From the IMG/VR virus record IMGVR_UViG_3300048592_001388, positions 1 to 61,026 of that record: a stretch of DNA of 61,026 nt, one strand, 5' to 3'. The notes under the pieces are model-generated. The model saw only the letters and a list, made by a program, of their open reading frames with translations. It had not been told where the DNA came from and ran no database searches. Positions within the stretch are counted from its first letter, which is position 1; every line of letters begins with the position of its first letter. Both the position numbers and the translations under genes were made by a program. Below are positions 18,168-27,718 of the stretch, one piece after another. This DNA comes from a virus. Taxonomy: Duplodnaviria > Caudoviricetes.

Positions 18168-18914
18168 ATGGCAATCTCCCTTGCCTCTCTCCGCAAGAGC
18201 ACCGCGCTCCAGCCGCCGCGCATCCTGATGCACGGCGTGGCAGGCGTCGGCAAATCCACCTTCGCCGCGAAGGCCGACTCGCCCGTCTTCATCATGACGG
18301 AGGACGGGCTCGGTAAGCTGCAGGTGCCGCATTTTCCGCTGGCGACGAGCTACGCCGATGTGTCGGAGGCCCTCGAGGCGCTGCAGACGGAAGAACATGA
18401 CTATCGCACCGTGGTGATCGACAGCGTCGACTGGCTGGAGCCCCTGATCTGGGCCGAAGCCTGCAAGCGCAACAACTGGTCGTCGATTGAAACCCCGGGC
18501 TTCGGCAAGGGTTATGCCGAGGCCGTCAACATCTGGCGCGAATACATCGACAAGCTGAATGCGCTTCGCGACGAAAAGGGCATGGCGGTGCTCCAGATCG
18601 CGCACACCGATATCAAGCGCTTCGACAGCCCCGAGCACGAGCCTTACGACAGATACGTGATCAAGCTCCAGGCGCGTGCTGCTGCCCTGTTGCAGGAGCA
18701 CTCGGATATCGTGCTCTTCGCCAACTACCAGGTGTCGATCGCAAAGTCGGAGGTCGGCTTCAACAAGAAAGTGGCGCGCGCCCTCGGCACCGGAAAGCGC
18801 GTCATGCACACCGAGGAGCGACCCGCCTTCCTCGCCAAGAACCGTTACGAACTCCCCGAGACCTTGCCCCTCGACTGGTCGGAGTTCGTCAAGGCCATGC
18901 CCCAGCCCAAGTGA
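18168..18914 (+). CDS. AAA_24 / Sak4-like phage ATPase (recombination)
   Basis: HGVAGVGKST, VIDSVDWLE, GFGKGY, AKNRY. Confidence 0.85.
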   Translation: MAISLASLRKSTALQPPRILMHGVAGVGKSTFAAKADSPVFIMTEDGLGKLQVPHFPLATSYADVSEALEALQTEEHDYRTVVIDSVDWLEPLIWAEACKRNNWSSIETPGFGKGYAEAVNIWREYIDKLNALRDEKGMAVLQIAHTDIKRFDSPEHEPYDRYVIKLQARAAALLQEHSDIVLFANYQVSIAKSEVGFNKKVARALGTGKRVMHTEERPAFLAKNRYELPETLPLDWSEFVKAMPQPK

Positions 18915-18938
18915 TCCAGCCCTGACAGGAGAAGACAG

Positions 18939-19442
18939 ATGGCACGTTTCGACAATTCCTTCGACGCAACCGGCATCGAACCCGCAGCAGGCTACGATGT
19001 GCTGCCCGCGGGCAAGTATGTGGCCCAGATCATCGAGAGCGAGATGCGGGTGACCAACAATGGCATGGGCCAGTTCCTCTGGCTCATGCTCGACATTCTC
19101 GAGGGTCCCTACAAGGGCCGCAAGGTGTTCGACCAGCTGAACCTCGTCAACCAGAACCCGACCACGGTCGAGATCGCCCAGCGTGCGCTCTCTGCGATCT
19201 GCCATGCCACCGGCAAGCTGCAGGTTACCGACAGCGAAGAGCTGCACCTCATCCCGATGACCATCCAGGTGACGGTGAAACCGCCCAAGAACGGCTACGG
19301 CGAGCGCAACGCGATCCGCTACCTCGTGCCGAAGGACGGGGTCCCGTCCGGCGCGTCGGTGAAGCCTCAGCCCGCGTCAGCCGCCGCTGCGCCGGCCGCC
19401 CCGGCGAAGATCGCTTCGGCGCCCTGGAACAAGAAGGCCTGA
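18939..19442 (+). CDS. DUF669 family protein (putative ssDNA-binding)
   Basis: LPAGKY..GPYKGRKVFDQLNL; Ala/Pro tail ending in PW; follows the Sak4-like gene. Confidence 0.85.
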   Translation: MARFDNSFDATGIEPAAGYDVLPAGKYVAQIIESEMRVTNNGMGQFLWLMLDILEGPYKGRKVFDQLNLVNQNPTTVEIAQRALSAICHATGKLQVTDSEELHLIPMTIQVTVKPPKNGYGERNAIRYLVPKDGVPSGASVKPQPASAAAAPAAPAKIASAPWNKKA

Positions 19443-19505
19443 TGACCATAGCTGCCGGGGCCCGACGGCTGCGGCAGCACCCTCCCTCCAACTGAGAGAA
19501 CTCAC

Positions 19506-19868
19506 ATGACAGACCTGTCCAGTGCGGCCCTCGCGGCCGCAAACGCCCCCGGCTTGCCCGATGCCCGACTGCGCCTGATCGAACTCGACGATGCCATTGC
19601 CAGGATACGCACCCAGATCGCCACCGCCGATCTGGCGCGCCAGAGGCATCGCAAGCCTATTGACCCCGACTGGTTCCACAAGGCGCGCACTGCGCTGCGC
19701 CATCTCTGCCGCGAGCGTGCGGAGCTTGTTGCCCTCGGCACCGCGCAGCGCCGCCGCGAGACGATGAAGGACGCCCTCATCGGCGTGCTGCGCGAGCGCC
19801 ATGACGAGGACGCCTGGGCCGCCGTTCTGGCCGAGGCGAGGCTTCGCAGCTACGGGGAGGGCGCCTGA
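19506..19868 (+). CDS. Hypothetical helical protein
   Basis: 120 aa coiled-coil-like; stop overlaps the next start. Confidence 0.65.
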   Translation: MTDLSSAALAAANAPGLPDARLRLIELDDAIARIRTQIATADLARQRHRKPIDPDWFHKARTALRHLCRERAELVALGTAQRRRETMKDALIGVLRERHDEDAWAAVLAEARLRSYGEGA

Positions 19869-20815
19869 TGGCCGAACTTCCCGCACCCCCGATGCCGACG
19901 CTTTCAGCGATCTATGCCGCCTATGAGGCAGAGCAGGGCGATGGCTTCCGCGATCACCTCGGCGCCTCGCTCATCGGCAAGACCTGCACCCGCGCCCTCT
20001 GGTACGATTTTCGCTGGGTGACGACCTCGCGGCATCCCGGCCGGCTTCTCCGCCTGTTCGAGACAGGACAGCTGGAGGAGGCGCGCCTCGTGCGCAATCT
20101 CCGTGCGACCGGTGCCACCGTGCTCGAGGTCGATCCCGAAACCGGCCGCCAGTTCCGCGTCGAGGCGCATGCCGGGCAATTCGGCGGATCACTCGACGGC
20201 GTGGCGATCGGCCTCCTCGAGGCGCCAAAGACCTGGCACGTGCTCGAGTTCAAGACGCATTCGGTCAAGAGCTTCGCCGATCTGGTAGCCAAGGGCGTCG
20301 TCGCCTCCAAGCCCCAGCATGCGGCGCAGATGCAGGTCTACATGCATCTGACGGGCATCAGCCGCGCGCTTTACGTGGCGGTGTGCAAGGACACCGACGC
20401 GCTGCACATCGAGAGGGTCGAAGCCGACAAGGCATCTGCCGAGTGGCTGCTCGAGAAGGCCGGCCGCATCATCTTTGCCCAGCGTCCGCCGTCCCGCATC
20501 AGCGAGGATCCCGCCTGGTACGAGTGCCGCATGTGCGCGCACCACGATGTCTGCCATGGCGGCGGGGCCGCGGCCGTGAACTGCCGCACCTGCCTTCACG
20601 CCACGCCGCTCGAGGGTGGCTGGCACTGCGCCCGTCACGACCGGATGCAGGGTTCGCAGGAGCAGCGTGACGCCTGTGAAAGGCATTTGTTCATTCCCGA
20701 TCTGGTTCCCGGCGAGGTGACCGATGCCGGCGATGACCATGTCGCCTACCGCATGAAGGACGGCGCCATCTGGGTCAATGATGCGCGCGCGGAGACGGAG
20801 GTGACGTCATGCTGA
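19868..20815 (+). CDS. PD-(D/E)xK exonuclease, Cas4/YqaJ-like
   Basis: HLGAS..C.RALWY, GSLDG, LEFKT, QMQVYM, and Cys cluster C-x2-C-x5-C. Confidence 0.85.
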   Translation: MAELPAPPMPTLSAIYAAYEAEQGDGFRDHLGASLIGKTCTRALWYDFRWVTTSRHPGRLLRLFETGQLEEARLVRNLRATGATVLEVDPETGRQFRVEAHAGQFGGSLDGVAIGLLEAPKTWHVLEFKTHSVKSFADLVAKGVVASKPQHAAQMQVYMHLTGISRALYVAVCKDTDALHIERVEADKASAEWLLEKAGRIIFAQRPPSRISEDPAWYECRMCAHHDVCHGGGAAAVNCRTCLHATPLEGGWHCARHDRMQGSQEQRDACERHLFIPDLVPGEVTDAGDDHVAYRMKDGAIWVNDARAETEVTSC

Positions 20816-22542
20816 GCCTCCGTCCCTACCAGCAGGCCGCGATCGGTACGATCTACGCCTATTTCGAGGACCACAAGGGCAACCCGCTCATCGTGATCCC
20901 GACGGCCGGAGGCAAGAGCCTGGTGCTGGCTGCTTTCTCCGAGGGCGTCCTCAAGGCCTGGCCCGACCAGCGCATTCTCATCGTCACCCATGTGCGGGAG
21001 CTGATCGCCCAGAATCACGCTGAGATGATCGGATTGTGGCCCGAGGCACCGGCGGGAATCTACTCCGCCGGTCTCGGCAAACGCGAGGCGGATGCGCGCA
21101 TCCTCTTCGCTGGCATCCAGTCGGTACACCGCAAGGCTGTCGAGATCGGTCACTGCGATCTCGTGCTGATCGACGAGGCGCATCTGATCCCGGTCGCTTC
21201 CGCCACCATGTACCGCCGCTTCCTGGGCGAACTCACCGCCATCAACCCGAAGCTCAAGGTAATCGGCTTCACGGCGACGCCCTATCGGCTCGACAGCGGC
21301 ATGCTGCACGAGGGCGACGGGGCGCTGTTCACCGACATCGCCTACGAGGTCTCGGTCCGGGACTTGATTGACAGCGGCTACCTCTGTCCGCTGGTCAGCA
21401 AGCAGCCGAAGACAAAACTCGATGTTACCGGGGTCGGCAGCCGCGGCGGCGAGTTCATCGCCAGCGAGCTGCAGGCGGCGGTCGACAAGGAGGCGGTGAC
21501 AAAGGCCGCCGTAGCCGAGATCGTGGCCTGCGGTCAGGATCGCAAGTCGTGGCTCGCCTTCTGCTCCGGCGTCGATCACGCCCGCCATGTCGCCGAAGAA
21601 TTTCGCAGGCATGATATCAGCTGCGAAACGATCTTCGGCCATACCTCGAAGGACGAGCGCGACCGGATCATTGCCGCCTTCAAGCGGCAGGAGATTCGCG
21701 CACTTGCCTCCATGGGCGTGCTGACCACCGGCTTCAACGCCCCGGTGGTCGATCTTATCGCCATGCTGCGGCCGACCAAATCGGCCGGGCTCTACGTCCA
21801 GATGGCAGGCCGTGGCACGCGACTGGCGCCCGGCAAGCAGAACTGCCTTGTTCTCGACTTCGCCGGCAATGTCAGCCGCCATGGCCCCATTGACCTGGTA
21901 CGCCCGAAGCGGCCCGGCGAGGGTGGCGACGGCCTGGCGCCCACCAAGGTCTGCCCGGAGTGCGACAGCATCATTCCCCTCGCCGCCAGCGAATGTCCGG
22001 ACTGCGGCTTCGTCTTTCCGGCTCGGGAGGTGAAGATTGTCCCGACGGCGGCCACGCTGCCGGTGCTTTCGCCGAAGCACCCGCCGTGGCTTGCTGTGAA
22101 CGACGTCATGTACGTCCGGCACGAGAAGGCCGGCGGGCTGCCCTCGCTCAGGGTGACCTACCGCTGCGGGCTTTCCGCCTACAGCGAATGGGTCTGCTTC
22201 GAGCATTCCGGCTATGCGCGGCGCAAGGCCGAGGAGTGGTGGCAACTGCGCGCATCGGGAACGCCGTTCCCGCTCACCGTCGCGGAGGCGCTCGCCCGCA
22301 GGTCCGAGCTCAGGCGCCCATCCGCCATCATGGTCGAGACCGTCGGCCGTTTCTTCGAGGTCAAGCGCGCGAGGTTCAACGCATGTCCATCCCCGGCCTC
22401 TGCGCCGTCTGCCACCGGCAAGCCCGTCACCATGGCTGGTTCGATGCAGCCTTCCCCGCATCGGACCCCCGCCGCGACGCCAGCCGGAAACGGCTCTGCA
22501 GCCGGCTCTGCCAGGACATCTGTCACGGGAGGAAAGGCATGA
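20809..22542 (+). CDS. SF2 DEAH helicase (YejH/RadD-like) with zinc finger
   Basis: LRPYQ, PTAGGKS, DEAH, TAT, LTTGFN, QMAGRGTR, CPEC..CPDC. Confidence 0.92.
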   Translation: MLSLRPYQQAAIGTIYAYFEDHKGNPLIVIPTAGGKSLVLAAFSEGVLKAWPDQRILIVTHVRELIAQNHAEMIGLWPEAPAGIYSAGLGKREADARILFAGIQSVHRKAVEIGHCDLVLIDEAHLIPVASATMYRRFLGELTAINPKLKVIGFTATPYRLDSGMLHEGDGALFTDIAYEVSVRDLIDSGYLCPLVSKQPKTKLDVTGVGSRGGEFIASELQAAVDKEAVTKAAVAEIVACGQDRKSWLAFCSGVDHARHVAEEFRRHDISCETIFGHTSKDERDRIIAAFKRQEIRALASMGVLTTGFNAPVVDLIAMLRPTKSAGLYVQMAGRGTRLAPGKQNCLVLDFAGNVSRHGPIDLVRPKRPGEGGDGLAPTKVCPECDSIIPLAASECPDCGFVFPAREVKIVPTAATLPVLSPKHPPWLAVNDVMYVRHEKAGGLPSLRVTYRCGLSAYSEWVCFEHSGYARRKAEEWWQLRASGTPFPLTVAEALARRSELRRPSAIMVETVGRFFEVKRARFNACPSPASAPSATGKPVTMAGSMQPSPHRTPAATPAGNGSAAGSARTSVTGGKA

Positions 22543-22763
22543 TCGATCCGACCCCGAACGAGAAAGCCGCCATGGACAATGGCGGCCGCATGGGCGGCGA
22601 ATATCTCGAGAGCATCGGCAAGACCGATCTCGCGGCCCTCGATTCTACCGAGTGGGACTGCTTCGTCGAGGCGGTCGTCACCGGTTACTGCGACCATCTG
22701 CGCGATCTCGCAGCCCGCGACCGCGCCCGTCTCGATTCCATGACCGCGGAGGTGCCCTTCTGA
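22383..22763 (+). CDS. DUF6511-like protein, possibly with N-terminal zinc finger
   Basis: CAVC...CSRLCQ, then MIDPTPNE..GEYLESIGKTDL. Alternative start at 22539; the long form overlaps the helicase 3' end. Confidence 0.7.
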   Translation: MSIPGLCAVCHRQARHHGWFDAAFPASDPRRDASRKRLCSRLCQDICHGRKGMIDPTPNEKAAMDNGGRMGGEYLESIGKTDLAALDSTEWDCFVEAVVTGYCDHLRDLAARDRARLDSMTAEVPF

Positions 22764-25060
22764 TGACCGTCCAATCCCACATGGCGCGTTTCGGCGCGCA
22801 GCTTCTGACCAATGGCTATACGATCCTGCCGATCCAGCCCGGCACCAAGAAGCCCGGCCGTCACGCGCGCGGCAAGTGGCATGACTACGGCGAATGGAAC
22901 CGCCACGCGGCCCGCGCCACCACCGAGGTCGAGGTGGCGACCTGGTCGAAGTGGCCGGGCTGCGGCATCGGCATCGTGGGCGGCGCGGTTGCCGCACTCG
23001 ACATCGACATCCGCGAGGATGCCGAGCTCGCGCTCAGGATCGAAGCCCTTGCCCGCGAGCGGCTTGGCGATACGCCCGCGCTGCGGATCGGCAAGGCGCC
23101 CAAGCGCATGCTGGTCTATCGCACGGCGGAGCCGTTTAAGGGCATCAAGCGGCATCCGCTGGAGGTCCTGTGCCTCGGCCAGCAGTTCCTCGCCTATGCC
23201 GATCATCCGGACACGGGTGCGCCCTATGCCTGGCCGGAAGAAGGGCTGGCCGATCTCGACATCTCGCAGCTTCCGGAGATCGGCGAGGCGGCGGCCCGCG
23301 CCTTCCTGGAGGAGGCGCACGCGCTCCTGCCAAGCGAACTGCGGCAGAGCAGCCTCAACTGCGACGCCAACGGCGCTACGCCGCAAGGTCATGCCGCGCC
23401 GGGGTCCAGCCAGGTCGGAACGCTTCCCGCGATCGAGGCGGCGCTTGGGCATATTCCCAATGCCGAACTCGATTATGACAGCTGGATGCGCGTCGGCATG
23501 GCGTTGAAAGGCGCGCTCGGTGAGGAGGGCGGCGGTCTCTTCGCCGCATGGTCGGCGCAGGCAGCCAAGAACGATCCCGCCACGACGGCGAAGTCGTGGC
23601 TGAGCTTTCATCCTGATCGTATCGGAGCGGGAACGATCTATCATCTCGCCATGGAGCGCGGCTGGCAGCCGGAGCCCGGCCTCGTGCTCGACGGCGCGCG
23701 GGAGGAGGGCGAGGAGCATCCGGCAGCCGCCATGCTCGCCCGCCTGACGCGGCAGGCTGCGGCGGAGCCGGAGCATTCTGTTGCCGAGGAAAGGCCCGCG
23801 GCGCCCTTCGAACTGGTCATCCCCGACGGCCTGGTGGGCGATCTTGCCAGCTACATGATCGCCACCGCCCGGCGTCCCCAGCCACTGCTGTCCCTAGGCG
23901 CCAGCCTCTGCGCCATCGGCGCGCTGATGGGCAGGCTCTACCGGACCGAGAGCAATCTCCGCTCCAACCTCTATGTCGTTGGCATCGCCGACAGCGGCTC
24001 TGGCAAGAACCACGCCCGCGAGATCGTCAACGAGGTGTTCTTCGAGGCCGGATTCGCCAATCATCTCGGCGGCAACAAGATCGCCTCCGGGGCCGGCCTG
24101 CTGACAGCACTTCACCGTCAGCCCGCAATTCTCTTCCAAATCGATGAGTTCGGCATGTTCCTCTCCGCCGCGGCGGACAGGAAGCGCAGCCCCCGGCACA
24201 TCACCGAAATCCTCGACAACATGACCGAGCTTTACACGGCGGCGGGCGGCATCTTCCTCGGCGCGGAATATGCGAACCGGGACGGCGCAAACGAACGCCG
24301 GGACATCGTCCAGCCCTGTCTCTGCCTCTACGGCACGACGACGCCCCTGCATTTCTGGGGCGCGCTGCAGGGCGCCAATGTCGTCGACGGTTCGCTGGCG
24401 CGCTTCATCATCCTGCCGAGCGATGAGGATTACCCGGACGAGAACCTTACCGCAGGACTCCGGCAGGCGCCGTCGGCGCTGGTCGACGGGCTGCAGCGCA
24501 TCGCGGAGGGCGGGGGGCTCCAGCGAGGCAATCTGTCGGGCGTCACATCGGGCCCCAACACCGCCGTGAACCCCGCCATCGTCCCCATGACGGAGGAGGC
24601 GAAGGCGTGCTTCGCGGGCCTGAGCGTACAGCTGACGGAAGAACTGCGCGCCGCCTCGGGGACGGCCTATACGGCGATCCTCGCGCGCATTGGCGAGAAT
24701 GCCATGAAGCTGGCGCTGATCGTTGCCGTGGGACGCGATCCGTCGCGGCCCGTGATCGAGCTTGGGGATGCCGAATGGGCCATCGGCTTCGTGCGGCACT
24801 TTGCGAAGCGGACAATGGATGCGGTCGAGCGTCATGTCGCGGACACCGAGACCGAGGCTCACCTCAAGCGTATCCGGGAGATCATCCGTGCGGCGGGCAG
24901 TGAAGGCGTCTCCAAATCGGAAATCACCCGGGCCTCGCAGTGGCTGAAAGCGCGCGACCGCGATGATATACTGGCCACGTTGACCGAGAGCGGTGATATC
25001 ATGCCGGTCATGCGTAACACCGCCGGACGCAAGGCCATGGTCTTCCGGCTCGTGAGGTGA
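22763..25060 (+). CDS. Primase-polymerase / PriCT-2 / DUF3987-type helicase replication protein
   Basis: GYTILPI..KKP, ALDID, YDSWMRVGMALK (PriCT-2), Walker A SGSGK, IDEFG; TGATG start coupling. Confidence 0.88.
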   Translation: MTVQSHMARFGAQLLTNGYTILPIQPGTKKPGRHARGKWHDYGEWNRHAARATTEVEVATWSKWPGCGIGIVGGAVAALDIDIREDAELALRIEALARERLGDTPALRIGKAPKRMLVYRTAEPFKGIKRHPLEVLCLGQQFLAYADHPDTGAPYAWPEEGLADLDISQLPEIGEAAARAFLEEAHALLPSELRQSSLNCDANGATPQGHAAPGSSQVGTLPAIEAALGHIPNAELDYDSWMRVGMALKGALGEEGGGLFAAWSAQAAKNDPATTAKSWLSFHPDRIGAGTIYHLAMERGWQPEPGLVLDGAREEGEEHPAAAMLARLTRQAAAEPEHSVAEERPAAPFELVIPDGLVGDLASYMIATARRPQPLLSLGASLCAIGALMGRLYRTESNLRSNLYVVGIADSGSGKNHAREIVNEVFFEAGFANHLGGNKIASGAGLLTALHRQPAILFQIDEFGMFLSAAADRKRSPRHITEILDNMTELYTAAGGIFLGAEYANRDGANERRDIVQPCLCLYGTTTPLHFWGALQGANVVDGSLARFIILPSDEDYPDENLTAGLRQAPSALVDGLQRIAEGGGLQRGNLSGVTSGPNTAVNPAIVPMTEEAKACFAGLSVQLTEELRAASGTAYTAILARIGENAMKLALIVAVGRDPSRPVIELGDAEWAIGFVRHFAKRTMDAVERHVADTETEAHLKRIREIIRAAGSEGVSKSEITRASQWLKARDRDDILATLTESGDIMPVMRNTAGRKAMVFRLVR

Positions 25061-25074
25061 ATCGGCGCCTGCAG

Positions 25075-25340
25075 GTTCTTTCAAACCGCCACCTCTGCCT
25101 TGAATAAGAAAGTTCTGGTCTAACATATGGAAATCGCGTGAGAAAAGAGAACCATCCCCTTCTTTCAATCTTTCAAAGGGAATAGAGTACTATCTCGCGT
25201 GTGCGCGCGCGGTATAAATAGAATAGACCCCTACCTATATAAAATAATAATAATATAAATAAGTAGAGGACCCCAGCCATTCCAAAGGCTTGGAGGCCAA
25301 CTTCCTTCAAGAGGCGCCTCTTGAAGCCTTGAAAGAACCC
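25075..25340. other. Candidate phage replication origin
   Basis: Very AT-rich tract at about 25213-25265, repeated CTTTCAA/TTGAA motifs and the perfect palindrome CTTCAAGAGGCGCCTCTTGAAG at 25305-25326, directly after the primase. Confidence 0.55.
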
Positions 25341-25459
25341 GCCGGACGGCTTTGCTGCCCTGCGGATGACCTGACCAGACCCCTTTCGGGTCCGGGCGAT
25401 GCGCCTCCCTCACCGGACAGCGGCTTCGCCCCGGCCGCCAACCCGAAGAGGAGGTCGTC

Positions 25460-25948
25460 ATGACCCGTTCCCCTGAACATATCGCGAGTGTCCTCGCGCT
25501 CGATCTGGGCAGCACCACTGGATGGGCTGTCCGCAACAGCCGCTGCCGCGTCCTGCATGGCACGGCGGTGTTCCGGCCCAGCCGCTTTGAAGGCGGTGGC
25601 ATGCGCTACCTCCGTTTCGGCAAGTGGCTGGACCAGACGCTGGAGGTTACCGGCGGCGTCGATGCCGTCTACTACGAAGCGGTGCGGCGGCATCTCGGCA
25701 CCGATGCCAGCCACGTCTATGGCGGTCTGCTCGCCACGCTGACGGCCTGGTGCGAGGGGCAGAGCATCCCCTACAGCGGCGTGCCCGTCGGTACATGGAA
25801 ACGCCACGCCTGTGGAAAGGGCAATGCCGACAAGCAGGCGGTGATCGATGCCATGCGCGCGCGCGGCTTCGAGCCCGCCGACGACAACGAGGCGGATGCC
25901 ATCGCCATTCTGCTCTGGGCCCTCGAGACGAACGGAGGCTTGGCATGA
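25460..25948 (+). CDS. RuvC-like Holliday junction resolvase
   Basis: LALDLG..TGWA, YEAV, GKGNADK, DDNEADAIA. Confidence 0.85.
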   Translation: MTRSPEHIASVLALDLGSTTGWAVRNSRCRVLHGTAVFRPSRFEGGGMRYLRFGKWLDQTLEVTGGVDAVYYEAVRRHLGTDASHVYGGLLATLTAWCEGQSIPYSGVPVGTWKRHACGKGNADKQAVIDAMRARGFEPADDNEADAIAILLWALETNGGLA

Positions 25949-26229
25949 GCACTCCAGCGGAAATGTTCCTGAAGCACGTCGCCAATGTGATCGCCGAGCG
26001 CAGCTCCCAGTACGGCGACGCCAGCAGCAACATGGCGGCCATCGCTGCACGGTGGTCGGCCACGCTGGGAAGGGAAATCACCCCGGCGCAGGTGGTGCTG
26101 TGCCTGCTCGACCTGAAGCTGGCGCGCCTCGCCCACGATCCCACCCACGAAGACTCGGCAGTGGATGTCTGCGGCTATGCCGCGTTGCTGCGCGAGCTGA
26201 TCGAAACCTCGAACACGGAAGGACGCTGA
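25945..26229 (+). CDS. DUF6378 family protein
   Basis: ERSSQYG..IAARWS..LKLAR..HEDSAVDVCGYA. Confidence 0.82.
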   Translation: MSTPAEMFLKHVANVIAERSSQYGDASSNMAAIAARWSATLGREITPAQVVLCLLDLKLARLAHDPTHEDSAVDVCGYAALLRELIETSNTEGR

Positions 26230-26232
26230 ACC

Positions 26233-26793
26233 ATGGCCCCCGGACGCAAGCGGAAACCTGGCAAGCGCTACGCCTGTGGCAAGCGCACGCGGCAGGAAAC
26301 GGAACGGGATGCCATGAGCGTTGCCATCGATGCGCGGCGCCGCCACTTTGGCGTGACGGCGAAGCAGGCGAAGGACGAGCGGCTTGGCACGGCGCTCGGG
26401 CGGCTGGCCTTTCGCGAACTGATCAGCGAGACCCAGTACCAGGCAGGCGTGGCGTTCGCTGAGCTCTATCAGCAGCACCATGCAGTGTTCGGTCTGCCTT
26501 CCCCCAGCCCGCGGTCCGTGGCTGGTCTACTGATCAACGAGGGCATCTTCGGCTCAAGCCCGAGCGAACCGGTGCTGGAGGTCATCGAGAAGCTCAAGCG
26601 CCGCTTCGGCGATGCTACCGATGCGCTCGACGTCTGCGACCGCGAGCAGCGCATGTCGCGCGGACGGCGGCCGACCTTGTTGATCTACCGCCTCATCTGC
26701 ACCGACGAGGATGCGCTGCACTGGCCCGAGGAGGATATCGGGAATCTGCGCGTCGCGCTGAATGCGCTGGTCCGCGTTTTCCGGCTGCGATGA
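26233..26793 (+). CDS. Hypothetical protein; candidate late-gene regulator
   Basis: Basic N-terminus (GRKRKPGKR), LGRL..ISETQYQAG, C-terminal LRVALNAL; last early gene before the late promoter. Function inferred from position. Confidence 0.6.
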   Translation: MAPGRKRKPGKRYACGKRTRQETERDAMSVAIDARRRHFGVTAKQAKDERLGTALGRLAFRELISETQYQAGVAFAELYQQHHAVFGLPSPSPRSVAGLLINEGIFGSSPSEPVLEVIEKLKRRFGDATDALDVCDREQRMSRGRRPTLLIYRLICTDEDALHWPEEDIGNLRVALNALVRVFRLR

Positions 26794-26884
26794 GAGTTAT
26801 CCACACGACAGGAGCACGCAGGGTTTCGCGCGGGTGCGTGCTGCTGCGCGTTACTTATCATGTTGAAAGTATTGAAGAAAATGC

Positions 26885-26913
26885 TTGACGCGGAACTGCG
26901 GCGCGGCTAAAAG
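26885..26913 (+). promoter_or_regulatory. Putative late promoter
   Basis: TTGACG (26885-26890), 17-nt spacer, TAAAAG (26908-26913). Confidence 0.5.
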
Positions 26914-26938
26914 TTCCGATATTGAAAGCTCACAAATG

Positions 26939-26966
26939 CGCCCGGAGATAGCTCTCCGGGCGTTTT
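26939..26966 (+). terminator. Intrinsic terminator in the late leader
   Basis: 10-bp stem CGCCCGGAGA/TCTCCGGGCG, loop TAGC, followed by TTTT. Confidence 0.65.
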
Positions 26967-26984
26967 GCGTATCGGAGGGTAGCC

Positions 26985-27557
26985 ATGCGGGTTCAGTTCC
27001 TCGAGGCCGATGATGTCCGCACCCGCTTCGAAGCAGCGTGCACGCGTCTTGGTGAGAGTGATGCCCGCCGCGCCTTCTCGATGGCGCTCAACAAGGAAGG
27101 CCGCAAGTCGTTCACGCAGCTGCGCCGGGCTCTGGCGCAGCAATCCTCAATCCCGCGTGGCGCGGTCAACGCTGCAACACGTTTCCAGTCCGCAACGCGC
27201 GCCACGATGTCTACCGTGACCTCCGGCACTGGCCGTCATCTGCCTCTTTCGGTCTTCGGTGCAAAGCAGTTCTCCTACGGCGTGCGTGCAAAGATCTGGG
27301 GCAGGGCGCAGACCTTCCGCTCTGCCTTCGTGGTGAAGCGTTACGGTGGCGGCGTGTTCAAGCGCACGGGCAAGGCGAGGTTTCCCATCGAGCAGCTGTG
27401 GGGTCCTGCGGTCCCCGTCGAGATGCTGCGTGATAAAGCGTATGCCGCCTGGACCGATCAGCACCCTCGCGTGCTGAAGGAGTCGGCACGCCTGATCGAA
27501 ATGATGCTGACTGGAGCGGGCTTCCGGGGGCTCCCGCGTAATCGTAGTCGTGCGTAG
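26985..27557 (+). CDS. Phage tail completion / GpZ-like protein
   Basis: AFSMALNK, SAFV..GGVFKRTGKARFPIEQLWGPAVP; Arg-rich. Confidence 0.7.
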   Translation: MRVQFLEADDVRTRFEAACTRLGESDARRAFSMALNKEGRKSFTQLRRALAQQSSIPRGAVNAATRFQSATRATMSTVTSGTGRHLPLSVFGAKQFSYGVRAKIWGRAQTFRSAFVVKRYGGGVFKRTGKARFPIEQLWGPAVPVEMLRDKAYAAWTDQHPRVLKESARLIEMMLTGAGFRGLPRNRSRA

Positions 27558-27718
27558 GGGGGCGGGCCCAGGAGCCCCATTGCGGGGTTCTGAGTAGCGC
27601 TGGCGCGGCGGCCCGGTTTTCGCGCGTTTTTCTGCTTTTGATTTTTCCGTTTTGTTTTGACTCGCACGCGCTGAAACGCCCGGAAAACTGGCATTTCCAT
27701 TGAGAGTTAGGGGGTCCG

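Noticed and set aside
16618-20815. CRISPR system (short repeats plus a Cas4-like nuclease)
   Set aside because: Repeats are 11-bp tandem units without spacers; no cas1/cas2; the nuclease sits in a normal phage recombination operon.
25360-25459. Structured RNA leader before the RuvC-like gene
   Set aside because: Only short stems (for example GACCC/GGGTC) are visible; cannot be supported without covariation analysis.
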